From NCBI GenBank assembly GCA_033442325.1, contig JAWQFM010000023.1:359558-423557 (forward strand): a stretch of DNA of 64,000 bases, given 5' to 3'. Under the pieces are notes generated by a model that did no database searches, had not been told where the DNA came from, and saw nothing but the letters and a program-made list of their open reading frames with translations. A program made the translations under genes and the position numbers. Of this stretch, positions 57,826 through 64,000 are shown piece after piece (position 1 is the stretch's first letter; each line of letters starts with the position of its first letter). The stretch is from Salpingoeca rosetta (lineage: Eukaryota > Protista > Choanoflagellata).

Positions 57826-58787
57826 GCTCGCGCAAGCGCAGGCGCAGCGGCAGGCAGTAGTGAGTGATGGGTGTCGCGGTGTCGCAATGGCTGAGCGTTC
57901 TTCGCTCAACCACGCTTGGGACCTTGCCGCCATCATCTCTAAACTAAGCAACCCTCTTCCCCCCCCCCCTCTTCTTGATTCTTTCCCCTCTTCACACACA
58001 CACACACACACATCTGATTGATTTTATATCTGCTATCTTTCCTCTCTACCTTTTCCCCTCCTCTTTTCGACTCTGCTCTTCACCTCGCCAAACTTGGCAC
58101 GTGTGCCCTTCCTTTGCATGTGCTGTCGTGCCCGCGCACCCATGCCCCATGTCGGTTTCCGTTGTGCCACCCCTGTCCCCACTGGCACCTGCCGCCTTGG
58201 TCACAGCCGCTGTGCGGCGTGTTCTCTGTGCGCGCGTGTGTGTACATGATGTGCGTGGACTGTGATTGGTGCCTGTGGTTTTGTCTCCTTGCTACTTCTC
58301 TGAGCATTGTTGCAGCTTTGAATGGGATTTTGGTGTGCGCGACACGCATTTCATGTCTTGTGTGCTATCCACGATGATGATGATGATGCCCGTGCTGTTA
58401 TTTCTGGCCACACGTTACCGTTTCCCCCCTGATGCCTTCATCATGTCACAGCACTTGATTGCACTGCTTAACTTCTTTGAATGGCGATTTGAGTTTTGAT
58501 TTGTATCCATCCTTGTTTCCCTATTGCATACGCTGACGATCTTGATTCGCAAGTCCCCACGCGCGCGCGCACACACATGCATACGCAACGCATAAATTAC
58601 TCTCTCGACCCTCAAGCATGTGAATGATGAATGATGACCAGACATGGCAACACATAGAAGCCTGGTGAACAGCAAGGTATCGTGGTGATCACAACACAGG
58701 GAGAGAGGGCAGTCAGAAGCACAGCGTTGTGCTTCTTCATGCTGCACATACGCGTGTGTTTATATGTACACAAGCATCCACAACCAT

Positions 58788-58832
<45 letters not shown>

Positions 58833-58871
58833 CTCACACGCCATGACACACCCATTCCCACATACACACCA

Positions 58872-64000
<5,129 letters not shown>

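Overview
Eukaryotic, gene-dense window with GC3-rich exons and short GT-AG introns packed with (GT)n/(CA)n microsatellites. The composition and gene content (flagellar dynein, metazoan-type tyrosine kinase) suggest a choanoflagellate such as Salpingoeca; this is inference only. Hand-splicing gives about 17 protein-coding genes: the 3' part of an axonemal dynein heavy chain, a polyQ C2H2 zinc-finger factor, a dcd1/acid-ceramidase-like Ntn hydrolase, NDUFA4/B12D, a NAT16-like GNAT, an intronless TIR+ARM protein, two tandem intronless secreted 7-repeat propeller proteins, a CYP4-clan P450, a hypothetical protein, a bacterial-type acyltransferase-3, a Cys-rich secreted protein, PPT1, an intronless SAM-methyltransferase/D-Ala-D-Ala-ligase-like fusion, a small secreted PKD-domain protein, a CBM21 PP1 glycogen-targeting subunit and a non-RD tyrosine kinase. 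The best candidate for an undescribed system is an intronless immune-like island at 24.7-30.2 kb: a SARM1-like TIR-ARM with reversed domain order next to diversified secreted beta-propellers with a cubilin-like N-terminus. Other notable signals are the methyltransferase/ATP-grasp fusion and a window-wide polarity of GU/CA repeats in introns and after stop codons. All family calls come from motif recognition by eye; no searches were run.
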